From the NCBI GenBank assembly GCA_022646745.1, contig CP060262.1, positions 1,740,001 through 1,772,000 of the forward strand: 32,000 nucleotides of DNA. The letters are read 5' to 3'. This DNA is from Planctomycetales bacterium. GTDB taxonomy: Bacteria; 4484-113; JAFGCY01. The translations under genes and the position numbers were made by a program. Shown here piece after piece: positions 8,229-16,497 of this stretch (position 1 is the stretch's first letter; each line of letters opens with the position of its first letter). The notes below the pieces were generated by a model, which saw only the letters and a program-made list of their open reading frames with translations, did no database searches and was not told the DNA's origin.

Positions 8229-11200
8229 GCCGCGCAGCTTCGCCTGCATGTCGTTGACAAGGCTCATCATGGTCGGCACCACCAGCAGGGTGAAGATCGT
8301 CGAGCTGATCAGGCCGCCCACCACCACGATGCCCAGGCCGCGGTACAGCTCGGAGCCGCTGCCCTGTCCCAGTGCCAGCGGTGCCATGCCGAACACCGCC
8401 GCCAGCACCGTCATCATGATCGGGCGCAGGCGGCTGGCAGCGCTTTTCTGCAGCGCTTCGTTCGGCCCGAGACCCTCCTGCTGGAAGTTCAGCATCTGCG
8501 CGATGATCAGGATTGCGTTGGCAGCGACGATGCCGGACATGATGATCAACCCGAGCATGCCGAGCACGTCGAACTGCACCACGCCGTCCGTCAGCCGGTA
8601 GGCCAGTGAGATCGCAAGGAAGCTGCCGCTCCAGGCCAGCGGGATCGTGATCAGCACCACGAAGGGGTAGTAGAAGGAGCGGAACAGCGCGACCAGCAGC
8701 AGGTAGATGATCACCACGGCGAGGATGCCCTGGAAGATCAGCGACTGGAAGGTCGAGCGCAGCTTGTCAGCCGCCTCACCGAAGCTGATGGTGTAGCCCT
8801 CCGGCAGCGTTGCCAGCATCGGGGTCACCACCTCGTCCTCGGTCAATTCAAGTGCGGTCTGCGTCGGCAGCTCGGCGCGCGTGTTGACTGTCAGCGAGAT
8901 GCTGCGCTCGCGGTTGAAGTGCCGCACACTGGTCGGGCCGGTGCCCTCGCTGATGGAGGCTATCTCATCCAGCCGCACCAGCCGGCCGTCCGGGCTCTGC
9001 AGCAGGATCGCACCCAGCCTGTCACGGCTGTTGATCACGGCCGGGTCGCCAAGGATCTCGAGGTCGTACTCACGGCCGGCCTCGGTGTAGGTTGACACCC
9101 TGCGCCCGGCGACCATGCTCTCCACCACGCTGGCAACGTCCGACAGGTACAGGCCCAGTGCGCGGGTGCGGTGCGGGTCGATCTGCACACGCAGTTCCGG
9201 CACGCCCTCCACGTAGCTTGAGCGCACGGCGCTCTGCCCCGGTTCGACGATGTCCTGGCGGGCCAGCAGCTTGCGCTGCAGCTCACCGGCAATCTGGTTG
9301 AGGGTCTCCAGCTCAGGGCCGGTCACCTCCAGCGTGAACTGCTTGTCCTCGATACGGAAGATCGAGCGCTGGCCGGGGCGCACATAGTTGAAGCCGGACA
9401 ATGAGCCACCGGCCTTGCGCAACATAGCGATCACCTCGGCGATGTCCGCCGGTGTCGAGTGCTCCTCCTTGAGGCGCACGCCGACCGCGGTGAAACCGCC
9501 GGCGATGCTGAACACGCTGTCAACGCGCTCATCGGCCAGCGCGGCCTGCACCAGCGGTTCGAAGGCCTCGATCGTCACATCCGGGCGCTGGCCGACAAGC
9601 GCCTGGGCCCGGCAGAGGATGAAGCCCTGGCTGCCGTTGGGCAGGTAGCTGGCGGCGGGCAGCAGTGCGAAGCTGGCCAGCCAGAGGATGGCAACGGTGG
9701 CCAGCAGCGCCAGCCGGCCGATGTCATGCATCCGGTTGTGGCTGGTGCAGGCCCAGACCGTGAAGCGCTCGTAGTTGCGCTGCACGAACTCACCGAGCCA
9801 CTGCAGCTCTATCACGCTCAGCGTGCGGTGCAGTGCCGGGTTGGTGGTCTCCAGTCGCTTGCGCGCACTTTCACTGCGCAGCAACAGGGCGGCGAAGCTT
9901 GGCACGACGGACAGTGTGACCAGCAGCGATACCATCACACTGGCAACGATCGCGATCGCGATGTCCTTGAACAGCAGCCCGGCCTCGGTGGTGTTCAGCA
10001 CGATCGGGATGAACACGGCGATGCGCACGAGCGTGATCGACAGCACTGCACCCCAGACCTCCTCCACACCGTCGCGTGCGGCCTGCTTCGGCGGTTTCTT
10101 CAGCTCCGTCATGTGGCGCTCGATGTTCTCCAGCGCCACGATCGCGTCGTCAACCACGAGGCCGACGGCGAATGCCAGGCCGGCCAGCGCGATGATGTTG
10201 ACACTGCGGTCCAGAGCCAGCAGCACGAGGAACACGCTCACGAGCGAGATCGGGATGGACAGCACGGTGATCAGGATCGGGCGGCCGGCGCGCAGGAACA
10301 GCGCCAGCACGATGCTGGCCAGCAGCGCACCGATCAGCAGGTCGTGCCAGACCAGGTGGATGCCGTCCTCCACGTAGCGCCGCTCGCTCGACAGCACCTC
10401 GATGCGGATGTCCAGTCCCTGCTTGGCGAACTGCTCGTTGTAGTGGGCGAAGACCTCCTCCACGCCCTCGATCGCCTTGACCGTGTTGGCACCGCTCTGC
10501 TTCTCGATGCGCAGGCTGAGCGCCGGGCGGCCGTTGATGCGCACCAGCGAGCGCGACTGGTCACGGCCGTCGTACACGCGGGCGATGTCGGATAGCAGGG
10601 TGTCGCCTGACACGCCGCTGCGGACCACCGTGTTGCGCACATCGTCAAGGTTCTGGAAGCGGCCGGTGGTGCGCACCGTGAAGCGGCGCTCGCCCTCGTC
10701 CAGCAGGCCGCCGCGCGCATCGCGGTTCTCCAGCGAGAGCACGCGCGACAGTTCGCTGATGCTGATCCCGCGTGCGGCCATCGCGTTGACATCGGGCTCG
10801 ACGATGATGCGGCGTTCCTCGGCGCCGGACAGGATTGCGCCGCCCACGCCGTTGACACGCAGGAGCGCCGGGATCACCAGCTCATTGACAGCATCGAAGC
10901 GAGCGTTGACATCGCCCTCGCCAAGCACGCCGCTCCAGAGGATCACGTCGCCAAAGGCGTTGCTGCGCGTGATGCGCGGGCGCTCCGCTGCTTCTGGAAT
11001 GTCGCGCACGCCCTCCACGGCGGAGATGATGTTGAACAGGATCTCCTGCGTGTTGGCGGATTCCGCGAAGGTCAGGTTGATGCGGCTCTCTCCCTCATTC
11101 GAGTCACTGGTCAGCTGGTAGAGGTCGGGCAGCGCGGCCAGCTCCTTCTCCAGCTTGTTCGTGATCTGGTCCTCCACCTCAAGCGCGGAGGCACCGGTGT

Positions 11201-11345
11201 AGCTGGTGCGCACGTTGTACTCGAGCGGGTCGACCTCGGGCTTGAGCTGCACCGGGATCTGCATGTAGGCCAGCACGCTGAAGATCACGAGGATCATCAC
11301 GCCGACGAACACGGCGTGCGGGTTGCCAATCGATGCGCGGATCAT
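8208..11345 (-). CDS. Efflux RND transporter permease subunit (AcrB/CzcA superfamily)
   Basis: 1045 aa with the 12-TM, two-large-loop architecture and typical N-terminus MIRASIGNPHAVFVGVMILVIF. ATGA overlap with the upstream adaptor gene. Confidence 0.93.
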   Translation of the reverse strand: MIRASIGNPHAVFVGVMILVIFSVLAYMQIPVQLKPEVDPLEYNVRTSYTGASALEVEDQITNKLEKELAALPDLYQLTSDSNEGESRINLTFAESANTQEILFNIISAVEGVRDIPEAAERPRITRSNAFGDVILWSGVLGEGDVNARFDAVNELVIPALLRVNGVGGAILSGAEERRIIVEPDVNAMAARGISISELSRVLSLENRDARGGLLDEGERRFTVRTTGRFQNLDDVRNTVVRSGVSGDTLLSDIARVYDGRDQSRSLVRINGRPALSLRIEKQSGANTVKAIEGVEEVFAHYNEQFAKQGLDIRIEVLSSERRYVEDGIHLVWHDLLIGALLASIVLALFLRAGRPILITVLSIPISLVSVFLVLLALDRSVNIIALAGLAFAVGLVVDDAIVALENIERHMTELKKPPKQAARDGVEEVWGAVLSITLVRIAVFIPIVLNTTEAGLLFKDIAIAIVASVMVSLLVTLSVVPSFAALLLRSESARKRLETTNPALHRTLSVIELQWLGEFVQRNYERFTVWACTSHNRMHDIGRLALLATVAILWLASFALLPAASYLPNGSQGFILCRAQALVGQRPDVTIEAFEPLVQAALADERVDSVFSIAGGFTAVGVRLKEEHSTPADIAEVIAMLRKAGGSLSGFNYVRPGQRSIFRIEDKQFTLEVTGPELETLNQIAGELQRKLLARQDIVEPGQSAVRSSYVEGVPELRVQIDPHRTRALGLYLSDVASVVESMVAGRRVSTYTEAGREYDLEILGDPAVINSRDRLGAILLQSPDGRLVRLDEIASISEGTGPTSVRHFNRERSISLTVNTRAELPTQTALELTEDEVVTPMLATLPEGYTISFGEAADKLRSTFQSLIFQGILAVVIIYLLLVALFRSFYYPFVVLITIPLAWSGSFLAISLAYRLTDGVVQFDVLGMLGLIIMSGIVAANAILIIAQMLNFQQEGLGPNEALQKSAASRLRPIMMTVLAAVFGMAPLALGQGSGSELYRGLGIVVVGGLISSTIFTLLVVPTMMSLVNDMQAKLRGGGQTRV

Positions 11346-12685
11346 TTCGCCGCTTCACCGGAGCCAGGCGGGGACTGCTGCTGGATACGCAGCTTCGCGC
11401 CCTCGAACAGGCTCTCCTTGCCGCGGGTGACAAGCTGGTCACCGGCACTGAGATTGCCTTCCTCCAGCACCACCAGGCCGTCCACGCGCTCCCCGAGCAC
11501 CACTGGAATGGTCTCGAAGCCCGGTGGATCCTCACCGCTGGACGGGGCCACACGATAAACAACCTGGCCCATGCGGCTGTCGTAGGCGGCATCCTGGCTG
11601 AACAGCAGGCGCGGGGCCGGCTCGGTCAGCAGCAGGCGAGCGCGCACGCTCATGCCGGGCAGCAGGCGCGCTTCGCTGGCAGTGACGCGCAGCGGGAACT
11701 GCCGGGTGCTGGGGTCAGCCGCGGCACTGATGCCGGCCACCGTGCCCAGGAACACCTCATCCGGGATCGCATCGGCGCGCAGTTCGACCGCCGTGCCGTT
11801 GCCAATCACGTCGCGCTGCTGCTCCGGCAGGCTGAACCAGGCTTCCGCCGGCTCACTGCTGACGAGCTCGGCAAGCGGGCTGCCGGCGTTGACATACTGG
11901 CCGACCTCCACCAGCAGCATTGTCACAGAGGCATCGAAATCGGCGGCGATGCTGCAGCGCTCAACATCAAGCGCGGCCAGCTCCTGCGCCCGGCGGGCGG
12001 ATTCCACCCGGGCGGCTGCACTGTCAACCTGTTCCTGCCGCGTGCCGGCCAGCAGGCGGTCCAGCACACGCTGTTCCTCTTCAAGCGCGGCCTGCGATTC
12101 ACGCAGGGCATTGCGCGCCGTCACCAGCTCACTTTCGCTGACGACATTGCCGGCGCTGAGCTGCTCAAGGCGCGCCAGCCGGTCGGCGGCATCATCACGG
12201 CCGGCCTCGGCCTGCTGCACAGCGGCCTGCTGGGCGGCGATGTCCTCCGGGCGGGAGCCACTGCGGGCCTCAGCCAGCGCCAGCTCGGCCTCGTTCAGGT
12301 TTGCCTCCGCAATCGCCAGCCGGGCACGGTACTCACTGTCGTCAATCTGCACAAGCGCCCGGCCGGCGGACAGGTTGTCACCGACACGCGCGGTGATGCT
12401 GTCAATCCGGCCGCTCAGTTCGCTGGCGAGCGTCACCTTCTGCAGCGGGCGCATCTCGCCGATCAGTTCGATGGCGGGGGCGTAAGCCAGCTCCTGCACA
12501 GTCGTTGTCTTCACGTTGACAGGCGGAGGTCCGGATGATGCACCGCCACCTCCTCCACCTGAAGAGGGTGCTGGATCCTCATTGCATGCAGTGGCCAGCA
12601 GGCAGGCAAGCATTGCCAGTACGGACAGGATTGGCAGCCGGGCATACCCGGGGGGGCATGCCGGCCGGATGCGTCGCATGCGCAT
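11342..12685 (-). CDS. Efflux RND periplasmic adaptor (membrane fusion protein, HlyD-like) lipoprotein
   Basis: Lipobox LLATAC after MRMRRIRP, a poly-Gly linker, and coiled-coil plus beta-barrel MFP sequence. The start ATG 12685 was chosen because GAGGAAGG lies just upstream. The ORF-track extension to 12829 runs into intergenic repeat sequence. Confidence 0.88.
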   Translation of the reverse strand: MRMRRIRPACPPGYARLPILSVLAMLACLLATACNEDPAPSSGGGGGGASSGPPPVNVKTTTVQELAYAPAIELIGEMRPLQKVTLASELSGRIDSITARVGDNLSAGRALVQIDDSEYRARLAIAEANLNEAELALAEARSGSRPEDIAAQQAAVQQAEAGRDDAADRLARLEQLSAGNVVSESELVTARNALRESQAALEEEQRVLDRLLAGTRQEQVDSAAARVESARRAQELAALDVERCSIAADFDASVTMLLVEVGQYVNAGSPLAELVSSEPAEAWFSLPEQQRDVIGNGTAVELRADAIPDEVFLGTVAGISAAADPSTRQFPLRVTASEARLLPGMSVRARLLLTEPAPRLLFSQDAAYDSRMGQVVYRVAPSSGEDPPGFETIPVVLGERVDGLVVLEEGNLSAGDQLVTRGKESLFEGAKLRIQQQSPPGSGEAAK

Positions 12686-12790
12686 GGGCCTTCCTCGGGG
12701 CGGTGCGGGGAACTGCTGCACCGCGGACTCAACCAGTTGTATCAGCTGCATGTCCGGCCAGCAGCCAGGCAGCTGAGACTTGCCCGGGCT

Positions 12791-12808
12791 GGAATAGTCT
12801 GAGTATAG
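12791..12808 (+). repeat. Solitary copy of the GAATAGT-type repeat word
   Basis: ggaatagtctgagtatag, compare gggaatagtctgaatagtg at 7909. Confidence 0.55.
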
Positions 12809-12829
12809 CCTGCTGTTGACTGGCGGCAA
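12802..12829 (-). promoter_or_regulatory. Candidate sigma70-type promoter of the RND operon
   Basis: On the minus strand: TTGCCG, 16 nt, TATACT. It lies about 115 nt upstream of the adaptor start. Confidence 0.3.
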
Positions 12830-12881
12830 TCACTGCGGCAGGGCGCAAACTGTGTGATTTCTGTGGCGAAATGAGACTGGC

Positions 12882-13502
12882 TCAGCCCACCAGGCGCTGC
12901 CAGCAGGCCTGGTCCTGCGCGCCATACTCCCGCAGAAGTGCAATCACGTCATCGTCCGTTGCCAGCTGCAGTGGTGTGCGGCTGTGGTAAGCGCTGCCCT
13001 CCACCTGTGCACCATTGCGCAGCAGCAGTTCCACGATGCGGATGTCGCCATTGGCCGCCGAGACGGAAAGAGCGGTGTTGCCATCGTGGTCTGCGGTGTC
13101 AACCGGAGCTTCGTGCTCCAGCAGCAGTCGCACGATGGTTTCATTGCGCCGCATGGCCGCCAGCAGCAGCGGGCTGCGGCCCTCGCCGTCGCGTGATTCC
13201 ACCATCCGCGGGCTGCGCACCAGCTGCCGCACCCGTGGCAGGTGCTCAATCCAGACCATGATGTGCAGCACGCTGCCATCCTCATCCAGCACCTCGCCCA
13301 GTTCAGCGCCATGGTGCAAAAGGAAGCGGGCCGCCTTCGCGCAGTCGTGCAGCACGGCGGTCAGGAAGGGGGTCATGCCGGTGCGGTCCCGGCAATTGAT
13401 GTCCACGCCGTTGCTGATCAGCTCGCGCAGCAGCGGCAGGTCGCCGGCAGCGCTGGCGGAGAACATGCGTTGTTGCAGGTCGAAATACAGCATATCCATC
13501 AC
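12882..13502 (-). CDS. Ankyrin-repeat protein
   Basis: Repeated ~33-aa ANK units: DINCRDRTGMTPFLTAV, GRSPLLLAAMRRNETIVRLLLEHEAPVD, DGNTALSVSAANGDIRIVELLLRNGAQV, RTPLQLA. GTG start with GGAGGG 8 nt upstream. Confidence 0.88.
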   Translation of the reverse strand: MMDMLYFDLQQRMFSASAAGDLPLLRELISNGVDINCRDRTGMTPFLTAVLHDCAKAARFLLHHGAELGEVLDEDGSVLHIMVWIEHLPRVRQLVRSPRMVESRDGEGRSPLLLAAMRRNETIVRLLLEHEAPVDTADHDGNTALSVSAANGDIRIVELLLRNGAQVEGSAYHSRTPLQLATDDDVIALLREYGAQDQACWQRLVG

Positions 13503-13544
13503 GGTCTCAACCCTCCGTTTGGAACTGCAGCCTGAGTTGAGTTG

Positions 13545-13550
13545 ATTATA
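13545..13550 (-). promoter_or_regulatory. Candidate -10 box for the ankyrin gene
   Basis: The minus strand reads CGTTATAAT, the same extended context as at 6608. It lies about 43 nt upstream of GTG 13502. Confidence 0.35.
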
Positions 13551-13584
13551 ACGTGATCAGTTTGATGAATCAGTGGGGATTCAG

Positions 13585-13833
13585 TTAAGGCCAGACCCTT
13601 CTGCATTCTCCGGAGTGCTGAATGTTTCCGCACCAATACATGCCGGGATAGAGGTACATGTGCCTGCAGGATGGACACAGGCCCTGGAGTTCCTGCAGCT
13701 CATCCTGCATAGGAGTTGCAAATGTGAAGGCGGAAGCTCCGGTTGTAGTGAATGTAATCGGACTCATCAGGCCAAGCAGCAGGACCACAGTTGCTGTCCC
13801 CAGGCGCTGGCCGAGTCGACGATATGTCTGCAT
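13585..13833 (-). CDS. Small secreted Cys-containing protein (hypothetical)
   Basis: N-terminal signal-like segment RRLGQRLGTATVVLLLGLM...GASA. The mature part has a CPSC motif plus two more Cys. Local GC is lower and GC3 weaker than in neighbours, so coding status is uncertain. Confidence 0.4.
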   Translation of the reverse strand: MQTYRRLGQRLGTATVVLLLGLMSPITFTTTGASAFTFATPMQDELQELQGLCPSCRHMYLYPGMYWCGNIQHSGECRRVWP

Positions 13834-13840
13834 CAACTGG

Positions 13841-13849
13841 ATTCTAACA
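13841..13849 (-). promoter_or_regulatory. Extended -10 box (TGTTAGAAT) immediately upstream of the small secreted ORF
   Basis: The minus strand reads TGTTAGAAT ccagttg ATG. Only 7 nt separate the box from the ATG and there is no SD. Confidence 0.3.
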
Positions 13850-13862
13850 CTGCTGAGGTGGT

Positions 13863-14459
13863 TCAGCGTGGCGGGTAAGGCACATCCGGCCGGCTGCCGG
13901 CGCAGGCTGCACCCATTTTTGAGGGTGGATTGAGCTGCTCCAGTGGTTCATCGGGAGCTTTCGCGTCCAGCAGGCTGTCCGGGTCCAGCAGCGGCAGGCC
14001 CCCCGGTTCGATGCTCAGGCGCAATTGCCCTGTCAGCTCAACCCAGCGATCCTGCTGCAGGCTGCCAGTGTCATCCGGCAAGGTTCCAAGGGCAATCACG
14101 GCCGGGACGCTGTGACCGGGGCAGCAGTCCACCACATAGCGGTACAGCACGTAGTCGCCCGGCTGGGGTGCCCCGGCGGACTGGGGCAGCCATTGTTCGC
14201 TGCCGTCACAGCGGTGCAGGCGGCCGGTGATCCGTACATTGCGGGCCGGACCGACGGCAGACCAGGAGTAGACCGTTGCGAAACCGACATCGAGGTATTC
14301 AGCCTGCTGTCCCGAGTCAACAGCGGATACTGCATCGGTGGTATCCACACTTCCGTCAGCTTCCACGTTGTTGCGTGTACAGGCGGCACAAAGCAGGATG
14401 GCCAGTCCGACCAGGATGGCGGGTTTGATTCGATGCAGCAGGCTCGGTGACATATTCAT
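13863..14459 (-). CDS. Lipoprotein, hypothetical, with a double-Cys motif
   Basis: The start MNMSPSLLHRIKPAILVGLAILLCAAC contains a lipobox. The motif YVLYRYVVDCCPGHSVPAVIAL weakly recalls the CC motif of DUF1980/TIGR03943 C-terminal domains (not verified). The ORF-track extension to 15080 is antisense to the 14541 gene and is rejected. Confidence 0.7.
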   Translation of the reverse strand: MNMSPSLLHRIKPAILVGLAILLCAACTRNNVEADGSVDTTDAVSAVDSGQQAEYLDVGFATVYSWSAVGPARNVRITGRLHRCDGSEQWLPQSAGAPQPGDYVLYRYVVDCCPGHSVPAVIALGTLPDDTGSLQQDRWVELTGQLRLSIEPGGLPLLDPDSLLDAKAPDEPLEQLNPPSKMGAACAGSRPDVPYPPR

Positions 14460-14508
14460 TAATGTATCCGACCAGCCGCTGCACGCAGGCCACGGGGCAG
14501 GGCGGCGG

Positions 14509-14517
14509 TGATAAAAT
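14509..14517 (+). promoter_or_regulatory. Extended -10 box (TGATAAAAT) for the 14541 operon
   Basis: TG-n-TAAAAT lies 24 nt upstream of ATG 14541, with GGAGGAAGG SD in between. Confidence 0.4.
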
Positions 14518-14540
14518 CGTGCCCTTAACGGAGGAAGGAA

Positions 14541-15209
14541 ATGCGTATTCTCGCAAGCACACTGTTCATCCTGCTGCTGCTGGCCGGCAGCGCCATGGCC
14601 CAGATGTCCGACGACGACTATGTGGACCATTACTTCGGCACGCAGCTGCTGATCACCACCCAGGAGCGTCCCTACAACTATGACGCGGGAGAGTGGTGGG
14701 GCCAGTCCCTGCCCATGCAGCTGACTGACTACGACAACAGCTACCTGGCCGGCGTGGTGAATGCCGGCCGCATCGCCAAGGGCGACGAGAACCTGTTGAA
14801 TGACCCAAACGGCGTCCTGTTGCTCGGCTACGAGATCGAGACGGAGGGCGGCTACCAGTACGACATCAGCTTCCGCGGCATCCGCCCGAGCGAGGTGAAG
14901 ATCCTGCTCAAGGCGCTGTCCATGCCCGACAGCGTGCTGGCCGGAGCGCAGGTGGAGTACATGCCGCTGATGACCACCACCTTTGGCTACTACGGCAGCA
15001 TGGAGGAGGAGCCGCAGATGATCACGATCGGTGACATGAGCTTCCCGCTTGAGCTGGACATGGCGGCCAGCGGCCTGCACGATACGTTCGTGGAGATGTT
15101 CAGGAAGAGCCTTGGCAAGGAAGTGATGATCGACATCTACTACGGCCAGAGCCTCGGACAGTATGGCAATTCCTGTGACCTGACCGTCACGGCGACCATT
15201 AACGAATAG
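14541..15209 (+). CDS. Secreted hypothetical protein
   Basis: Strong SD and signal peptide MRILASTLFILLLLAGSAMA/Q. No recognisable family. Confidence 0.75.
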   Translation: MRILASTLFILLLLAGSAMAQMSDDDYVDHYFGTQLLITTQERPYNYDAGEWWGQSLPMQLTDYDNSYLAGVVNAGRIAKGDENLLNDPNGVLLLGYEIETEGGYQYDISFRGIRPSEVKILLKALSMPDSVLAGAQVEYMPLMTTTFGYYGSMEEEPQMITIGDMSFPLELDMAASGLHDTFVEMFRKSLGKEVMIDIYYGQSLGQYGNSCDLTVTATINE

Positions 15210-15227
15210 TCCCGGACTGGCTTCATT

Positions 15228-16439
15228 ATGAGCAAGAAGGAAAGCAAAGCGGCGCTGAAGCTCGCCCCGGAGGCCCTGTTCATCTTCGGGCTGGTGGCGG
15301 TCGTCGGCTGGTATGCGGCCTGGCGGATCTTCAACCCGCCCGTGAGCACAGGTACCTCGCAGTCCGAGCAGCAGGCGGAGCAGGCGCTGAAGGACCTCGA
15401 GAAGCAGCTGGAGCAGAAGCCCGTGCTGGATTCCCCGGTGCGTGATGAACTGGCTGAGTTCTACCAGCGCCTGGCTGAAGTCGCCCCGACCTATGTCACA
15501 CGCGAGGCGCAGTGCCCGCTGGACAATTCACCGCTGGAGCTGCCGGTCTCGAAGATCAATGAGGCCGGCCAGCGGATGGACAACTCGGTCGGCGGCATCG
15601 CTTCGGACTTCATGAAGATCGCGGTCGGTCCGCCTGCAGGCAGCACTGCAATGCCGGATGTTCTGGTGCAGCAGTGGGAACAGCTGCCGGTGACCTGCCC
15701 GAGCTGCCTCAACACCTACCAGGAGCAGGACCTCAACAACCTGCGCTGGCCGGAACGCCTGGCGCAGCTGCGGGAGAACTGGGACCTTACGAAGCTCAGT
15801 CCTGCCCTCGCTGCCATTGACTCCACAGAGTGGACACCGGACCTGGTGCAGTTTGACCATTACCTCTCCACCAGTGCTGCAGGGACGGAGCATATCGAGC
15901 GCGGCTGGACCGCACTGAGCGGGGCCTACGCCTCGAACTTCTCCGTCTGGTCCGGTGAGCATGGCTATTACATCCCGGCGGCGGCCTTCTATGCGCTGGC
16001 TGCCTCGGAATTCCAGACAGCGATCGACCTTGACTGGGAGGGCCTGCCGGACAAGAGCAAGGCCGAGACCGTGATGGCGCTCCTGGTCTGCCAGCGCTTG
16101 CTGGGCCGCGCGGATGACGCCAGGGCAACGATCGAGCTGGCCCGGCAGGTGGTGCAGAACGAGCCTGCAATGCTGCCCGCGCTCGAGATGGAGGAGCAGT
16201 ACCTGAACGAGGGCCGCTTCTCACTGGAGCGGGTCAACCTCGAGAACCGTCCGGCACCGCCGATCGGCTGGCAGCTCGACCTGATGCTGCCTGCGATGAA
16301 CGGACATATCAGCGAGTTCCGCGAGCAGTGGGCCGTACTGCGCTCAACTGACGAGATCGTGGCTGCAATCAACGAGCGGATTGCTGCGGTTGAGGCACAG
16401 AATTCAGGTTCCGGCGAGGACAAGGGCTGGAACCAGTAG
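15228..16439 (+). CDS. N-terminally membrane-anchored hypothetical protein
   Basis: 18 nt after the preceding gene. One TM (ALFIFGLVAVVGWYAAWRIF), then a coiled-coil-like QQAEQALKDLEKQLEQ segment. Two Cys pairs (QCPLD, CPSC). No family recognised. Confidence 0.75.
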   Translation: MSKKESKAALKLAPEALFIFGLVAVVGWYAAWRIFNPPVSTGTSQSEQQAEQALKDLEKQLEQKPVLDSPVRDELAEFYQRLAEVAPTYVTREAQCPLDNSPLELPVSKINEAGQRMDNSVGGIASDFMKIAVGPPAGSTAMPDVLVQQWEQLPVTCPSCLNTYQEQDLNNLRWPERLAQLRENWDLTKLSPALAAIDSTEWTPDLVQFDHYLSTSAAGTEHIERGWTALSGAYASNFSVWSGEHGYYIPAAAFYALAASEFQTAIDLDWEGLPDKSKAETVMALLVCQRLLGRADDARATIELARQVVQNEPAMLPALEMEEQYLNEGRFSLERVNLENRPAPPIGWQLDLMLPAMNGHISEFREQWAVLRSTDEIVAAINERIAAVEAQNSGSGEDKGWNQ

Positions 16440-16462
16440 GCACATGGCGGCCAGGCCGCTGG

Positions 16463-16471
16463 TGCTAGAAT
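16463..16471 (+). promoter_or_regulatory. Extended -10 box (TGCTAGAAT) for the M42 peptidase gene
   Basis: TG-n-TAGAAT lies 27 nt upstream of ATG 16498, with AGGAGG and GGAAGG in between. Confidence 0.4.
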
Positions 16472-16497
16472 CGGATGTTCAGGAGGACTAGGAAGGC

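Noticed and set aside
9459-12538. Long plus-strand ORFs (9459-10595, 11333-12538, 11652-12485) opposite the RND permease and adaptor genes
   Set aside because: They are antisense to well-supported transporter genes. Their products are compositionally biased (Arg/Ala/Gly/Gln/His) with no motifs.
12686-12829. N-terminal extension of the adaptor ORF
   Set aside because: It reads through intergenic repeat and promoter-like sequence. ATG 12685 has a GAGGAAGG SD and starts a proper lipoprotein signal.
14460-15080. N-terminal 207-codon extension of the minus-strand ORF 13863-15080
   Set aside because: The extension is antisense to the well-formed secreted-protein gene 14541-15209 and is low complexity. 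An internal ATG at 14459 gives a canonical lipoprotein signal peptide.
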